This document shows, piece by piece, positions 33,501 to 45,674 of a stretch of 45,674 bases of DNA (position 1 is the stretch's first letter; the number at the start of each line of letters is the position of its first letter). The stretch covers positions 8,900-54,573 of the forward strand of contig NW_014039998.1 in assembly GCF_001186125.1 (NCBI RefSeq). The letters run 5' to 3'. This DNA comes from Sphaeroforma arctica JP610. Taxonomy: Eukaryota. The translations under genes and the position numbers were made by a program. Under the pieces are notes generated by a model. The model ran no database searches. It saw only the letters and a list, made by a program, of their open reading frames with translations, and was not told the origin of the DNA.

Positions 33501-35273
33501 AGGAATATGGTACTGAGCGAGGAGGTGAGCGGATCCCAAATACTTTGTTGTTTTTCTATGTAGACTCGACCGTACTACTCCACACCGTTAGCACACATGT
33601 TTTATTTGCGAGTCAACCACGTTGTCGTACAGATCACAACATGCACGGACCTCCGTGAGTGTCGTAGGTCAAGTGGGTGGTAGTGACAAGTTGTTGCATG
33701 CGTGGGCATACCTGGAGTAGCTCGAAAATCATAAATGGAATACCACGTAGTTCATACATGGAACATAACTGAAAACACACATCTAATTTCGATATGTTTG
33801 TCATTCGCGCACATTCTCACAGCTCACGAAAATGGAGGACGAAGTCCGGGAGAAAATGCAGACTATATCAGAGAAAGACTTCAGCATACAAGAGAAGGCC
33901 GATGTTATACGGTGCAAGCTGGACGAGATAGAGTTGTTGAGAGAGGAGTTGCGCGAGTATGAAATGAAGAGCGTAGAGCTCGAGATGTCGGATTTAGACC
34001 TCAAAACTCAAATCGACAGTCTTGTGAAAGCGATCAACGTGGCTAACGATGAGCTTTCTGAGAAAAAGGAAGATTCATCTCGTCTAAAGTCTGAAATCGA
34101 GAAACTTACCACAACAAATAACGCTCAAAAGGTTCGTACATTATATTTTGTCTCCTCTTAAGGGTTTTTGTAGATCGTAAGTATAACTTTGTACCACGAA
34201 CGAGCTGACATGGTATATACCCAAGATGAATAGTATTGGATCGTGTCGCCTAAACACCTTGGAGGTTTAAGGTCATATAGATATCGGTAATTGCATAGTA
34301 TTTTGCACTTCCATTCACACGCGGCTGTTCACGTTTGCGCATTTCAATTTAATTTATCGGTAGTAATTCAATTTGTGTTGGTAAATTAAAATATTAGTAT
34401 ATTTCTTTCTTTTGGGATCTAGCTCACAACCAATCTTTCTTTTTCTCTCTGTATTTCTTCCGCTACAACTTTTCCAACCCACAGGCAGACCTCGAGCAGA
34501 TGTCAATACAGTATTTGGACCTAATTGATCGATTACAAAGGTATTGTGCTCGCAGTTAGTACACCCATTTGTGGTAGGGAACACGAATTTATTTACTTTT
34601 GGTGTCCTCTAGCTCTAGTTAGAGCTTCAGGTACATTGGTGATGATGTGACTATCAACCTGTGCTGTGCTCCACCTCAGAGCAATGTCTCAAATGTCTGT
34701 ATACCTCTGCCAAGCAGGGAAGCAGGGGACATCACTAAAGCTCAGGAGGCGGTCCGAAATGCTACAGATAAAGGTAAGTACTAGAATCGGACACTGTCGG
34801 TGGGTCTTTAATGAAGAGGGACGCTGCTCATTTCAGTATCGCCAAAACATCAGCCAGTAAGGAAATTCGATATTTAAATTAACTTCACTTTTTCCCCGCG
34901 ACTCTAGAGTGCCCAAATTGTAGGGAACTTAAACTAAAACTCGCCGGCTCAGGGCTTGAAAGAATAAATCCTATGAAAATTGCGAAACGGGTATGTGTAC
35001 GCAATTTTCAAGTACAAAAAAATGAGTGTCTCGTATCCCATAAATGACGAAAATTGTCACTATATATGTCCATCTACATACGCGAACATCTTTGCGGTCG
35101 ACAAACCTTTCAGTGCACAATATCAAGTGAGATGAGTGAAATTGGTTGCACCGATGTTCTTAATCTTAAGTCTTGAGATCTGACATCTCAATTCCTCATC
35201 ACAGGTGACTGATAATGAGCACATGCAGCAGGCGATGAAGGGTCTCAGCGCGAAGCTCAGCAGCCTGCTATAG
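30047..35273 (+). CDS. Uncharacterised long coiled-coil protein, ~10 exons (30047-30127, 31600-31862, 32378-32522, 32700-32854, 33119-33284, 33402-33524, 33823-34131, 34485-34540, 34680-34773, 35205-35273), ~486 aa; last two exons less certain
   Basis: E/K/R/L/Q-rich heptad peptides (QLAQDKQLLERKLAELKKQVDGYRRENEALK; LDEIELLREELREYEMKSVELEMSDLDLKTQIDSL) joined by phase-compatible GT-AG introns. No family-diagnostic motif recognised. Confidence 0.82.
30458..30765. repeat. (TA)n/(TG)n/(TATG)n microsatellite with an N gap (~30540-30567) in the first coding intron of the coiled-coil gene
   Basis: Directly visible. Confidence 0.95.
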
Positions 35274-38200
35274 AAGCAAACGATATGCAATAAATAATAT
35301 AGTATTAGTCAACTACTTTGTTTTGAAAGATAAACACGACTTTTATCGTATAGCGCACTTGTTGTAAAGTAGGGCTCGTCGCATGTTGGCAGCTGTCAGT
35401 CGATATCAAGTGCCAATAACCTACGATGGCCGTCGATAATGAAGCATTTTCTGTGGTCATGCCTTTCACTTTCGCTGTTAGACTCTGTGGAGCCGATTTC
35501 AATAGGCAGGTTTCAATGTCCAATTTAAATCATGTATTTTCAGTCAGTTCCTTGACCAGATGAAATTTGCCTTATCCGCACGAGTGATTCGCGGCTAGCT
35601 CCGCTATACTACAATAAAAAATCCAACAAGAAAGGTATACATTCTTAGCTGAACGTTGTCAAACTTGAAATGATCATTTAATTGACATACTATTAGTGAA
35701 CAAGCCAGGCACTTAGTGGCGCTGATGATGCGGCTGCCGTTTTTTAAGTCTACATTAGATCTTTATCGAAATCAATTGCCTATTGGTGAAATCGATCTCG
35801 ATTTAATTTCGACCGCGGTGATTGCGGTGACGTAATTTTCGACGACAACATCACATTTTTACTGTTTGATTGAAAGCATGACTCTCTTAAACCAGGTATA
35901 CCATCGTAGATGACAGTACATTACTACAATATCCCCGAACTGTATAGTAACCGCAGCGAGTGATATAGAATGTGATTTTCATATCCGTAGTATCAAACCT
36001 CGAATATGAGAAAGTAGGAAAAGAAATATCGAATTATCGAGTAATTTTGCTCGAAACTTCTGGGTGGCAAGTTACACCATATTCAGATATATCCAATTCG
36101 AGCACGAGAAAAAATGGCAAATGTATGCAAAACATGCAACAAGAGGTGTAAATGATCAAACGTCATCCACAAGCTTTACATTCATTCGAGAACATCATGT
36201 GAAATAGTCTTGCAGGGCCTTGCTCTCTAAGCGCTCTAAGAGTTTCGACCATGGTCGGGCTATCCCTGTGCACGTGTCATTTTTGCAAGGAAGTTAGAGC
36301 GTCGATAGAGTTGGAAGGGAATTGTGCACTGTGATACATGGGTACTTGAAAAGGCCGCCAGAATAAGTGGAATTGAAAGTGTGCCGCACGCTTTATACAA
36401 GATATGGGAAAGTTTGCATTACCTTAAACAGATAAGGTCAGTCAGCACACCTTGATCTCATAAGAAACGGATATTTTAACAAAACACCGTTTGCAAAGGG
36501 ACATCATCATAAACGTGTGTGAACAACACCACGGGTTACAGTACCAACTTGAGGGCTAGTCAGGTAGTTAATAGCTTTAAGAGTATTGAGTGATTGGAAT
36601 TGAATGCTCTAACTTCGTTCGGTGGTCAGAATCGATGAAAGTCACATACAGTCAGACTAACGAGTTTGTCGGAGACACTATTCTGGTACCTTTTTTAAAG
36701 TCCTTTATTGGTCTCATTAAATTGATAGGGTGGTAAATTCGACACAATCGCTTTTGATTCGATTGCCGCTCCCCTTTTGTACTTTTGAAAGACCATAGCC
36801 TTCTGAAAATTGATCAAGAAGGCTATGGAAAGACCCCTTTGAGCTATCCGTTGTTCTAAAAAAGAAGCTATATGATTTGATAAAGCAAGCAGTTAGGGAG
36901 TCATAAGACAGGTTTTTTTAAATAAAATATGTCTTAGAAGAGATAAAAATAGAGGATGTCTCTATACCACATCATACATGGCCAAAACTGCATGTACGGG
37001 CGACGCTTAACAACACACGAGCCTTAAATTTATCCAGCAGAATATTTTGGCCAGTTAAATCTACTTTACTGTATGACTGCGATTCGTAGCTTAACCTGAC
37101 TCAGCAACCCCCCCCCCACACACACACACACACACCCAATAACTGCCTGTATCGTGCCCTATTACCTTTGTGATATATTCGATTTTACCATATCGTTCCA
37201 TTTTGGTGTTGAGTAGTCGGTTTATGCAGATCGACTGTGGCTGTTTTCTGTCGAATTTTATCATATATACTAAATGTTTAGTGTTGTAGAGAGCAGAATA
37301 TCACTGTTCTAGTCCACTGAGAACTGCAGCTGTGCGTCGACATGTATATCCCGAGTGAAACCTTCATACTGATTAATAAGTATGAAGTAGTAAATCTTGA
37401 CGATGATGTAGAGCCTCAGATTCATCACGTGGTAGTTTATTTGTGAACTATATTGTGTGTGCTTTTCGAAGTTTTACGTTATTTTTTTGTGTTTAATGCA
37501 AGGAAGTACAAGGTCCGTCAAATGCGCATTTACCAAGGATTAGATACTATATCTCTATCCTGAAGCACAGTGTACTCCTGTTCAAATGATGAAAGCACTC
37601 GGAAATACAAAGAAACTTTGTGATAGATTGAGGTTTAGAAAGGGCGCTCTGTATTATAATTAGAGCGCGATTCATAAGAGAATACGTAATGACCCGGAGA
37701 AACCTCAATAAAAATAATCGAAAGAAGCTCAAAAAAATTGAGAAAAAAAGTCTCTATAGGAATCTCTGACATAACAGGTGATAAGCTATGCGATTTTGTG
37801 TTGAACTTTTCAGCAGTTGAAGCAAAGCTCGCAAGTATCTATGACCTCTCACGTCTTTGCTTATATGTAGTCGCGTCTATTCTAAATGAGCGCCTAATTG
37901 GCCCTTTGTTCTGTGAGAGGAATGTATTTATTTATCCTCTTTGCAAACACAGCACCGATATCGATCGTCATTACCTTCAGCAAGCTTTAACGACTGTAAA
38001 GTTTTACCACGGAGAAGAGAGCGCAGCTCAGGAATTTTGTAGACATTCTACTTCATGCTGTGTCAACTTTTGTTTGTATAGGCTAATCCAACTTTCGACA
38101 ATAATTTCCACTTGATCGACTGTGAAAAAAAGTCAGTCAATTTACCACTATCGTTTAAGGATTGCATACACACTGTTACGTTCAAAGCGCTTGAATCACG

Positions 38201-38449
38201 GCGATTAACGTTGAACACTATGACAGCTGGTGATTTGTTTTAATTTCGTCTCAACCTACATTAGCTGTCCGAATGGCCATCACCCTGTCTAAATGACATA
38301 CAATGTTTGGAAACCCATTTCCCTTCAGGTGATGCTATACTTTCTCAGTGAAAACTTTAGTAAGAGCATACAATCGACAACTGTCAGCTAGCTACCAGTT
38401 GTCATTATTGCAATTCACCAAAAGATCCTTTATCGAATTGATGTACGAA

Positions 38450-39355
38450 GTGGCCTAAAATGTAACAATGCATACTACATTCCTATGATCGTTTAATCAC
38501 TATGCGCATTCATACATGCTGGGTATTCATAAACCAGATTCACGCTATGACTGTATTAGGAGAGCTGTAGACAAAACTCTGTGAGGTACATCGCCAATAC
38601 ATGTGTATGATGATGAACAAAGCTGCCTACATAGTGTAAGGATATGTACTACATCCCTAAGATCCTTAAAACACTATACGCGTTCACACAAGCACGTTCT
38701 TCAACCCCAGATTTACGCTATAACTGTATTAGGATAGCTGTAGAGGTAACTTTATCAGGTACATCGCCAATATAAATGTATGATGATGAACGAAGCAGCC
38801 CACATGGCGTAAAATATATATACTATATCCATATGATCCTCTAAGCACAATACACTTTCATACCAGCAGGGTATTAAAACTCAAGATTTACTCTATGTCT
38901 GTATTAGGAGAGCTGTATAGGAAACTATCAGGTTCATCGCCGACACAAGTGTATGATGAAGAACAAAGCAGCCGACATAGTGTAATCAAAATTTATTACA
39001 TATCTATGATCCTTTAAGCACTATACGCATTCATACAAGCAGGGTATTCAAAAACTTACACGTGTAAGAATATATACTACATCCTTTATATGATCATTTA
39101 AGCAATATACGCATTCAAAAAAAAACAGGGTATTCAAACCCCGAGTTATACTATGACTGTATTAGGAGAGCTGTGGAGGGAATTCTATCTGGTACATCGC
39201 CAATATATGTGTTTGATGATGAACAAAGCAGCCTACATAGTGTAAGAGTATATACTACATCTTTATGGCCCTTTTAGCACTATACGCATTCATATAAGCA
39301 GGATATTCAAAAACCAGATTTACGCTATGATTGTATTAGGAGAGATGTAGAGGAA
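38450..39355. repeat. ~175-bp tandem satellite, ~5 diverged units
   Basis: ccagatttacgctatgactgtattaggagagctgtag at ~38534, 38707, 38884, 39141 and 39314, followed in the first four by catcgccaa...tgatgatgaacaaagcagcc. One spacing is longer because of a partial internal duplication. Confidence 0.92.
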
Positions 39356-41479
39356 GCCCTTGTTCAACTTCATGTTGATCTGTTTACTTTCACCATTATA
39401 TCGTAACCCTGTCCGCGGTCAACGTCAAATTCGTAAGGTGTGGTTATGTTGACCCAAGCTTATGCATTGCCCTCTGTTGATGCATATACACATATGTTTA
39501 ACTTCTCTCCTGTGGTCCAACAGTATTTATTACATTGATCGAATCCGAGATTTCTTTATTTAACTTGACTCATCTCTATACCACATATACATATCAAAGT
39601 AGATTATTTTGGGTGCTTAAATACGTGTATTTCAATTGCCCAACTTCTTTTTTGTTCCATGTGCAAGAGATCTTGCCTGGCATTGTCCATTCTCTGCTTA
39701 GTTCCTTTTCGTATTATCGAGCTTGAAGACTTGACTGTGGTTGAAAACTATACAATTTGAGCAAAAGGCACCAAAGGATTTGTATCCTCATTGTGTCTTG
39801 GAGTATATTTCGGCATTGAATGTATCAGCTAAACACATAATGAAACTATGGCAAATACCAAGTAAGGTCCAGCCAGTACGAGTGTCCGGTCGAATTATGC
39901 TGGCTAGATTCATATTTTGCGTCAGCAAATGTGGATTCCTTTCCCTTCCAGACAGTTATCCATTTTCATCAACAAAGTTCAATATGGGAAATTAGTTACA
40001 GTAAACTGTTGTGTCTCACTTCTTCGTTCTTAGCCGAGAAAAGTACATGCTGATCATTTTACGTGCGGATGAATATGTACCTTTTTCTACAGTGCCAGGT
40101 TAGAGACAGATTGTCGCGGTAGTATGATTTTTATGTGGATGGTTTGGAATAAATAGAGGCATATTTTGAAAAATTCAATAGCGAACTCAAGGCAGACCTT
40201 TTCTTTTGGTAAGTGGCAACAATTCATCTCCAGCAAGTATTGGTTTTGAGGCGCTGCAAAATATATATGACTCCGCAAGCTCTTCATGACTACAATATTA
40301 TCGGGTACCAAACTAAGTCTAGTCAGACAGGTGACTGTTCGAACTTACTACCTCTATTTGACGTCTAACGTCATCAAATCACGAATTCCGACAGTTATCC
40401 ATCTCCCATGTTTACAGCACATTACGGAGTATTACTAGATTGTCTATTTGCTCAAAGTCGAGTGTCGAAATCGGGTATAGACAGTAATGGAGAGTCATTC
40501 TACTTCGTGCTTCGGAAATTATTACAGATACTGGTGCTTATTGTGTTCGGATGTATAATGTTGAATTTGGCCCACTTCTTGTTGGTCAGGCACGGATGTT
40601 TATCGACATGCGATAGCACAAACTTTGTACCAATTCGGAAGTCTGGCACTCCTCATGGGGTCACGAAACACAAGTTCATCGCGCATTATGTAGCACAAAC
40701 TTTTCGGATGATTTATAATTTATGGAGATGAATATTGAGATACTCCAAGCATACCTTTTGATTTTAACATGAACAATCACATACGCACTCAAGCATCTAT
40801 ATAATCAGAAATACAGAGATAGCAAGTATTTGTCTGAGCCGCTGCAGGTGTAACGCATTTATACCAAATATTTACATTGTGTATCTATCCCAAAAGTCTA
40901 AAATAAATTCGGACCGCCTACTTCCAGGTTCGTGATCAAATTGGCATGCCGTGTTTATGGTGCAGTGCTTATAAGGATAATATTGCTTATTTCAATTTCT
41001 TCTCACATTCGCAAAGGGATAATATTACTTATTTCAATTTGGATAGATTTTTATATGTACACATGCACATCAGGCTTCATATTCGTGGCGAGGTTCTGGG
41101 AAGATTGGAGGGAAGTTAAGATTGTCGAACTGCCGCGAGAAGCTCGGGGCGAGTGATGCAACGATGGAAGACATACGGTGCGTTAGTCCACGACGATGGA
41201 TATAGAATATCTCTACCATTGGTTGAGAACTAAAACCTGTGTGCCATTGCGTGGAATAAAGCTGGCCCACACTCGTAGTGGTAATATGGGCTGAGCCAGT
41301 CTGAGATGTTTTGAACGCGATACCAAGAAGGGTGAGGTTGTCATCCGCAATTCTGTTTCGGAGCAAAGTCGGAGACTACCTGATACCACACAACTAATGT
41401 ATTTGGAATATCCTGGCCAGCCATAGCGGAAAGCATCATAGGTGGTACCAGAAGTCTCAAAGATTTGGTCTGAACCGAA

Positions 41480-43070
41480 ATCTGAAAATAGTACTTCAGT
41501 ATAGTGATGAGACGGGGTATGAGGAACATCAATTTATCGACCAGTACTGGATGGAGATAAATTGGTGCCCGCTGTACATGGAGAAGGAATCTCCCGAGAT
41601 GTTCGTGGAGAGTCCATATGCCGTGGTAGTCATGCCGATTCTGTAGTTGTTGTTGTATATCCGGTCCAATTGGGGGTAGATTAGGGCCCACCAGAATACA
41701 CCGCATTAGGTAACTGATGCAAGCAAAGTGGCTGAACGTAAAAGTCTTATCTCCGAGGCACACAAGACAGAGGCATCCACCCGTGCGATAGTCAAGCAAT
41801 TTGAACAGGAACGTGTTGGTTGCTACCATGGCACAAAGGCTTATTGGGATGTGTTCACGGCTATGGGTAAAGCTATCATGGGAGAGCTTGTCCCGGTCCG
41901 TGCTGGAAAGTTCTCCCCCTATACATCGATAGTAGTATTGGCGGCGAGCCTTGCCTGTTATCTCCTTAGTTGTGAGATGTTGTGTGGTATTATGTCGGAT
42001 CTGCTCGCGGAGCTTTACGGAGTTCTTTGTGTTAAAATGTGCATCCGCCCCTTGATTCTAGATAAGCGTAAGTACTGAACGGGAATTTATCCGTAGATCT
42101 GTTGCGTGTCCGAGCGGATCTCGTTAAGTGAGGCGAGTGGGTTTGTAATGTTGATCGAGTCAAGATGTAGTCCCAGACAGGCCTCAGGGTACTTCGCAAA
42201 TTGGCGTGCTGAAAGTAAGCTGCAGAAGCGAAAAAGCCGTATGCGGTGGTGTGGGAGTTTTGAAAATAGAGTGCCTGTTATAATGGCTGCTGCTTGAATC
42301 AGCGCTGAGTTGTACCGCTCGTACAGCGTCTTCGACGCGACATGCCAAATAGGTGGAGTCCATGCAATGATGTTCAGATCATAGGTGGCCGTTAAAAGAA
42401 TGAATGTCTTTAATATTTCCAACCGATTTCGCGGATGGCGCCAGCTGAACCCATGAAACCCATACGCCCGGAAGGACATTATAGCCTGGAGGAATACACG
42501 AGGCGGTCCATGTGTTTCACAAAGTCGATACCCGGTATGCCCTGGGCTACCACGGGCATGGGAGGGATAAGTAGGCGTCTGTCGAGAGTGTTCGCATTTG
42601 AGGAGCCTACTAGCGTTGTCGTAATGAGATGTCCTTTGATACGAAGAGACTGGGGGCTTGAGAATCCCTTGTTCTAGACGGGATTGGCGACCCCAATCCT
42701 CGATCGCGTTTGGATGAGCGTGTTATCTACAAAGAGGTAGGGGCGGAGGAGTTTCGACCGAGATTGCTCAAGCGTAATAGCCAGGGAGCCCATATAAATG
42801 ATACAATGCTGTGGACCGACAATCGAACCTTGGAGTATGGTATTCGTTTTATGGAATAGAAATGAAAGCTTCCCACGATACGTCACCCGTGTGGCAACAT
42901 TCTCGAACAATGCACGGAGACAACTGATCCAGTTATCTGGCATTCCAGCATGGCGCAACAGCATCCACATGCGCGGGAGGGCCACTTTATCGTATGTTTT
43001 GGTGATGTCAAGACACACACCATTCCAGGCATCCTCGGATAGTGATCGTGAAAGCCTTTATTGATAAATT
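41480..43070 (-). mobile_element. Degenerate, 5'-truncated non-LTR retrotransposon (LINE-like ORF2 remnant); boundaries approximate
   Basis: ORF 42674-43018 has RT motifs CLDITKTYDKV (D..KAFD), LQGSIVGP (QGS.LSP) and LFVDN (decayed YADD). Further downstream (~41718-41775) CLVCLGDKTFTFSHFAC resembles a CCHC knuckle. The sequence is broken by stops and frameshifts and has no introns. Confidence 0.8.
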
Positions 43071-43114
43071 GTATTCTCTGTTTGTTGACTTCGGAAGTTG
43101 TAGATCGTTACGAG

Positions 43115-43445
43115 CTATAGACTTTGAGTGATGTGTTCGGGAGGGTATACAGCCTTACGTATTGGCCGAACGAGCCAGTCGCCAAGCTCACGTTCCATAT
43201 CGGACTAAGTGGTATCAATCACTTAGGCGTAGATGTATAAAAGGTTCTTCAATCTGTTATCGGGCATTTAGTTAGTAAACTATAGACTTTGAGTAAGGTG
43301 TTCGGGAGGGTATACAGCCTTACGTGTTCGACGAACGAGCCATTCGTCAAGCTCACGTTGCATGTCGGACTAAGTGGTATCACACCACTTAGGCGTATAT
43401 GTATTAATGGTTCATAAATCTGCTATCAGGCATTTAGTTAGTAAA
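43115..43445. repeat. 165-bp direct tandem duplication next to the LINE 5' truncation point
   Basis: ctatagactttgagt...gtgttcgggagggtatacagccttacgt...gcatttagttagtaaa at 43115-43279 and 43280-43445. Confidence 0.93.
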
Positions 43446-44377
43446 TTTGGTGCACTAGCGAACTCGACTTGATTACTTTGCGTGAACTTGAAACAGAGAT
43501 CGACTTCTAAGCAATCTTCTGATTTGCTAATCGGGTATTTTTGCTTTGCAGCAAATACAGACTACTCTCTAACTACGTTCTTTTACACGGCTATTCAACA
43601 ATCCGTGATCTGATAAGTGGTGACACCATCTTGCACTTGGACAATAGAAGCATCATATAAACAATACTGAGATGCAGTACACTTAAATGGCCATATGAAA
43701 CATCGATTCAAAGATTAGCGAATCTCTTCTATGCATCTATTTATCTCAGCTGTTTTGCACATCACATGCATCAGTCAGTTGCAAATTTACTGACAACCCA
43801 TAAGGGGCGTTAAGTGTACATGTGAAATGTAACATTGTTAATTTCATATTCTTGATATACATATTTATTCGTTATATATTTTTGAAAAGAGTTTTAGATC
43901 ATCCTCAAACCTGATTATTGATGAGAATGTGCAGAATTATTTTCACAAAATACCAGGCAGAGGCTCCTCTGAAAAAGGAATGCTGTGTTCAGTGAGAATG
44001 AGTTTGGGAAGTAATTTGCTGTTTTCTTCATAATCACCACTATAAGTCACCTTTGTGATAGTAGAACTGCAATGGCAGCTGCGACACTGGTAACTTGAAA
44101 ATCTGCCACCGTCGCATCCTGGACATGTACCAAAAAGGTGAAGTGAGCATTAAATGCACTGTTCATATCCATATGCGTGATTGTGCGTATGAATTTTGGC
44201 CCTTAGATATTTTTGTTTCTCTGGCATCTGTTTTAGCCCAATATGTGTACACGGAGGCAGAGCTCTGATGACAGTAGCATCGGACAACTCCCGGGGGTAT
44301 GATAAATTCAAAGAAAAGTACAACTTTCAAGATGAGAAATGGTAAGTCGCTCGCTTTTACTGATTTCACCTATATAA

Positions 44378-44397
44378 NNNNNNNNNNNNNNNNNNNN
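44378..44397. other. Assembly gap (20 N)
   Basis: Run of n. Confidence 0.99.
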
Positions 44398-45674
44398 AAA
44401 TATTTAGTACCCGATCCAATGGATATAAATTTAAACGTCGATATTCAATAACTCAATGCTAGCTCACTGCTAACCAAATTCCACTATATTTCCACTATGA
44501 TTTTTAAAGATTCAAGGTATAGCTCTGAATTGCATGTCAAGACATACGTGAAGCAGGATTCGGAGACTCTTCAAATTCCAAATGGACTCGATGTCGAGAG
44601 CAGATTATGTCAGGTATATCCTCCAAAACAATCATGGTCATTGAGGACGTAAAAAAGGTCGACGTACCAGGAATCGACGTGAATACATGCGCAAAGGAAA
44701 ACCACGAATATACAAAATCTGTTCTGCGAAGTACCACACTGCCAAGACTTGCACATCGTCAGAATTCCACAAAACCTGGAAAATCACAAAGTGACCGCTC
44801 TCATGAGTGCGTACCTGTTGCCGAGCATTATAGAATAAAGAAGGAAACTAGTTCGCATGTGAATAACTTATATATGAACTCTATCACAAGCTTATTTAAC
44901 CCACCCCTCAAAATTCCCTATTTACTTCCCCAAATCAAATCTAATTTCATTAATCACTACCCGTAACAAATATGGTAGGGTTTGAGGATATATCCACTAA
45001 AATCATCCTGTTAGTGTCATAAAACATACTTACGTATTGGTAGAAGTAGTGATTAGTGGATTACACATACACATGGGGTAGTGTTTAGTAAATCGCCTCT
45101 AGCATGACTGCTGACTCCGCGATTTCACTTTGCTCCTTTATTTGTAATTGAAGTTTCTCTGAAAAAAATCAAGTCATATTGAGCAGTCTGAATCATGCCA
45201 AGTTTCGAAAGTTATTGTTTGAGTGTGAGTATTCCTTTTAGTTTCTGACAATTCTCAGAGATATCAGCTAGATGTTTCTTTCGTCTTCTGTTGTAAAGTG
45301 CATCGTTGTATGGTAGTGACTCTGTAAATGAGCCTTGATTATAAATTATGATGTACTAATACAAGGAGCTGAGCAGAAATAAAGAGACACTTTAACATGT
45401 GCTCTTATCGTATATTACATATTGCCAAGTTCATAGCTTATTGTGGGTGAATACGATATGCACTATGAAACGTTCACTTTTTGGCGTTGTCGAATTTAAA
45501 GTACTTACCAACTGCCCGAATATTTTTTTTGCTATCAATTTTATGAAGGCTCGCGCACAAGATAGCCACCGATAACGATTGTTTTTTTCTATTAATCTAT
45601 GTTGTTGCATAGCAACTGAACATAAATTAAGTAACAAACGGCGCCCTATTAGGAACATATCTGTTAAATTGCGT

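Noticed and set aside
34860..35160. MITE-like AT-rich segments (also ~4600-5040 and ~21650-21830)
   Set aside because: No terminal inverted repeats or target-site duplications could be identified by eye.
34680..35273. TACC-like C-terminus of the coiled-coil protein
   Set aside because: The resemblance is weak and generic to coiled coils, and exon 9 is ambiguous, so no symbol was assigned.
37547..38115. 125-aa ORF and neighbouring fragments as a transposase or pseudogene
   Set aside because: No recognisable motif; stops in all frames nearby.
44607..44966. 119-aa plus-strand ORF
   Set aside because: No domain, no convincing splice partners, and it lies next to an assembly gap.

Overview
Intron-rich eukaryotic genomic DNA (GT-AG introns, long (TA)n/(TG)n compound microsatellites, three N gaps). 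The style suggests a unicellular opisthokont such as an ichthyosporean, but that is inference only. Most ORF-track entries are microsatellite or antisense artefacts. Manual splicing gives six genes: the 3' end of a PhnA-like phosphonoacetate hydrolase (+), GDP-mannose 4,6-dehydratase (-), an ABHD13-like alpha/beta hydrolase (-), an M17 leucyl aminopeptidase with a mitochondrial-type presequence and a Lys-rich extension (+), a MED19-like Mediator subunit (-), and an unknown coiled-coil protein (+). The last ~10 kb is gene-poor, with a ~175-bp satellite and a decayed LINE. Two observations stand out. (1) The MED19-like gene appears to carry an in-frame, phase-1-bounded, four-exon cassette encoding a bulb-type (GNA-like) lectin domain in the middle of its conserved core. 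(2) At least five introns contain tandem arrays built from copies of the adjacent exon end plus its splice site, mostly decaying away from the real junction. Family assignments rest on remembered motifs, not database searches.
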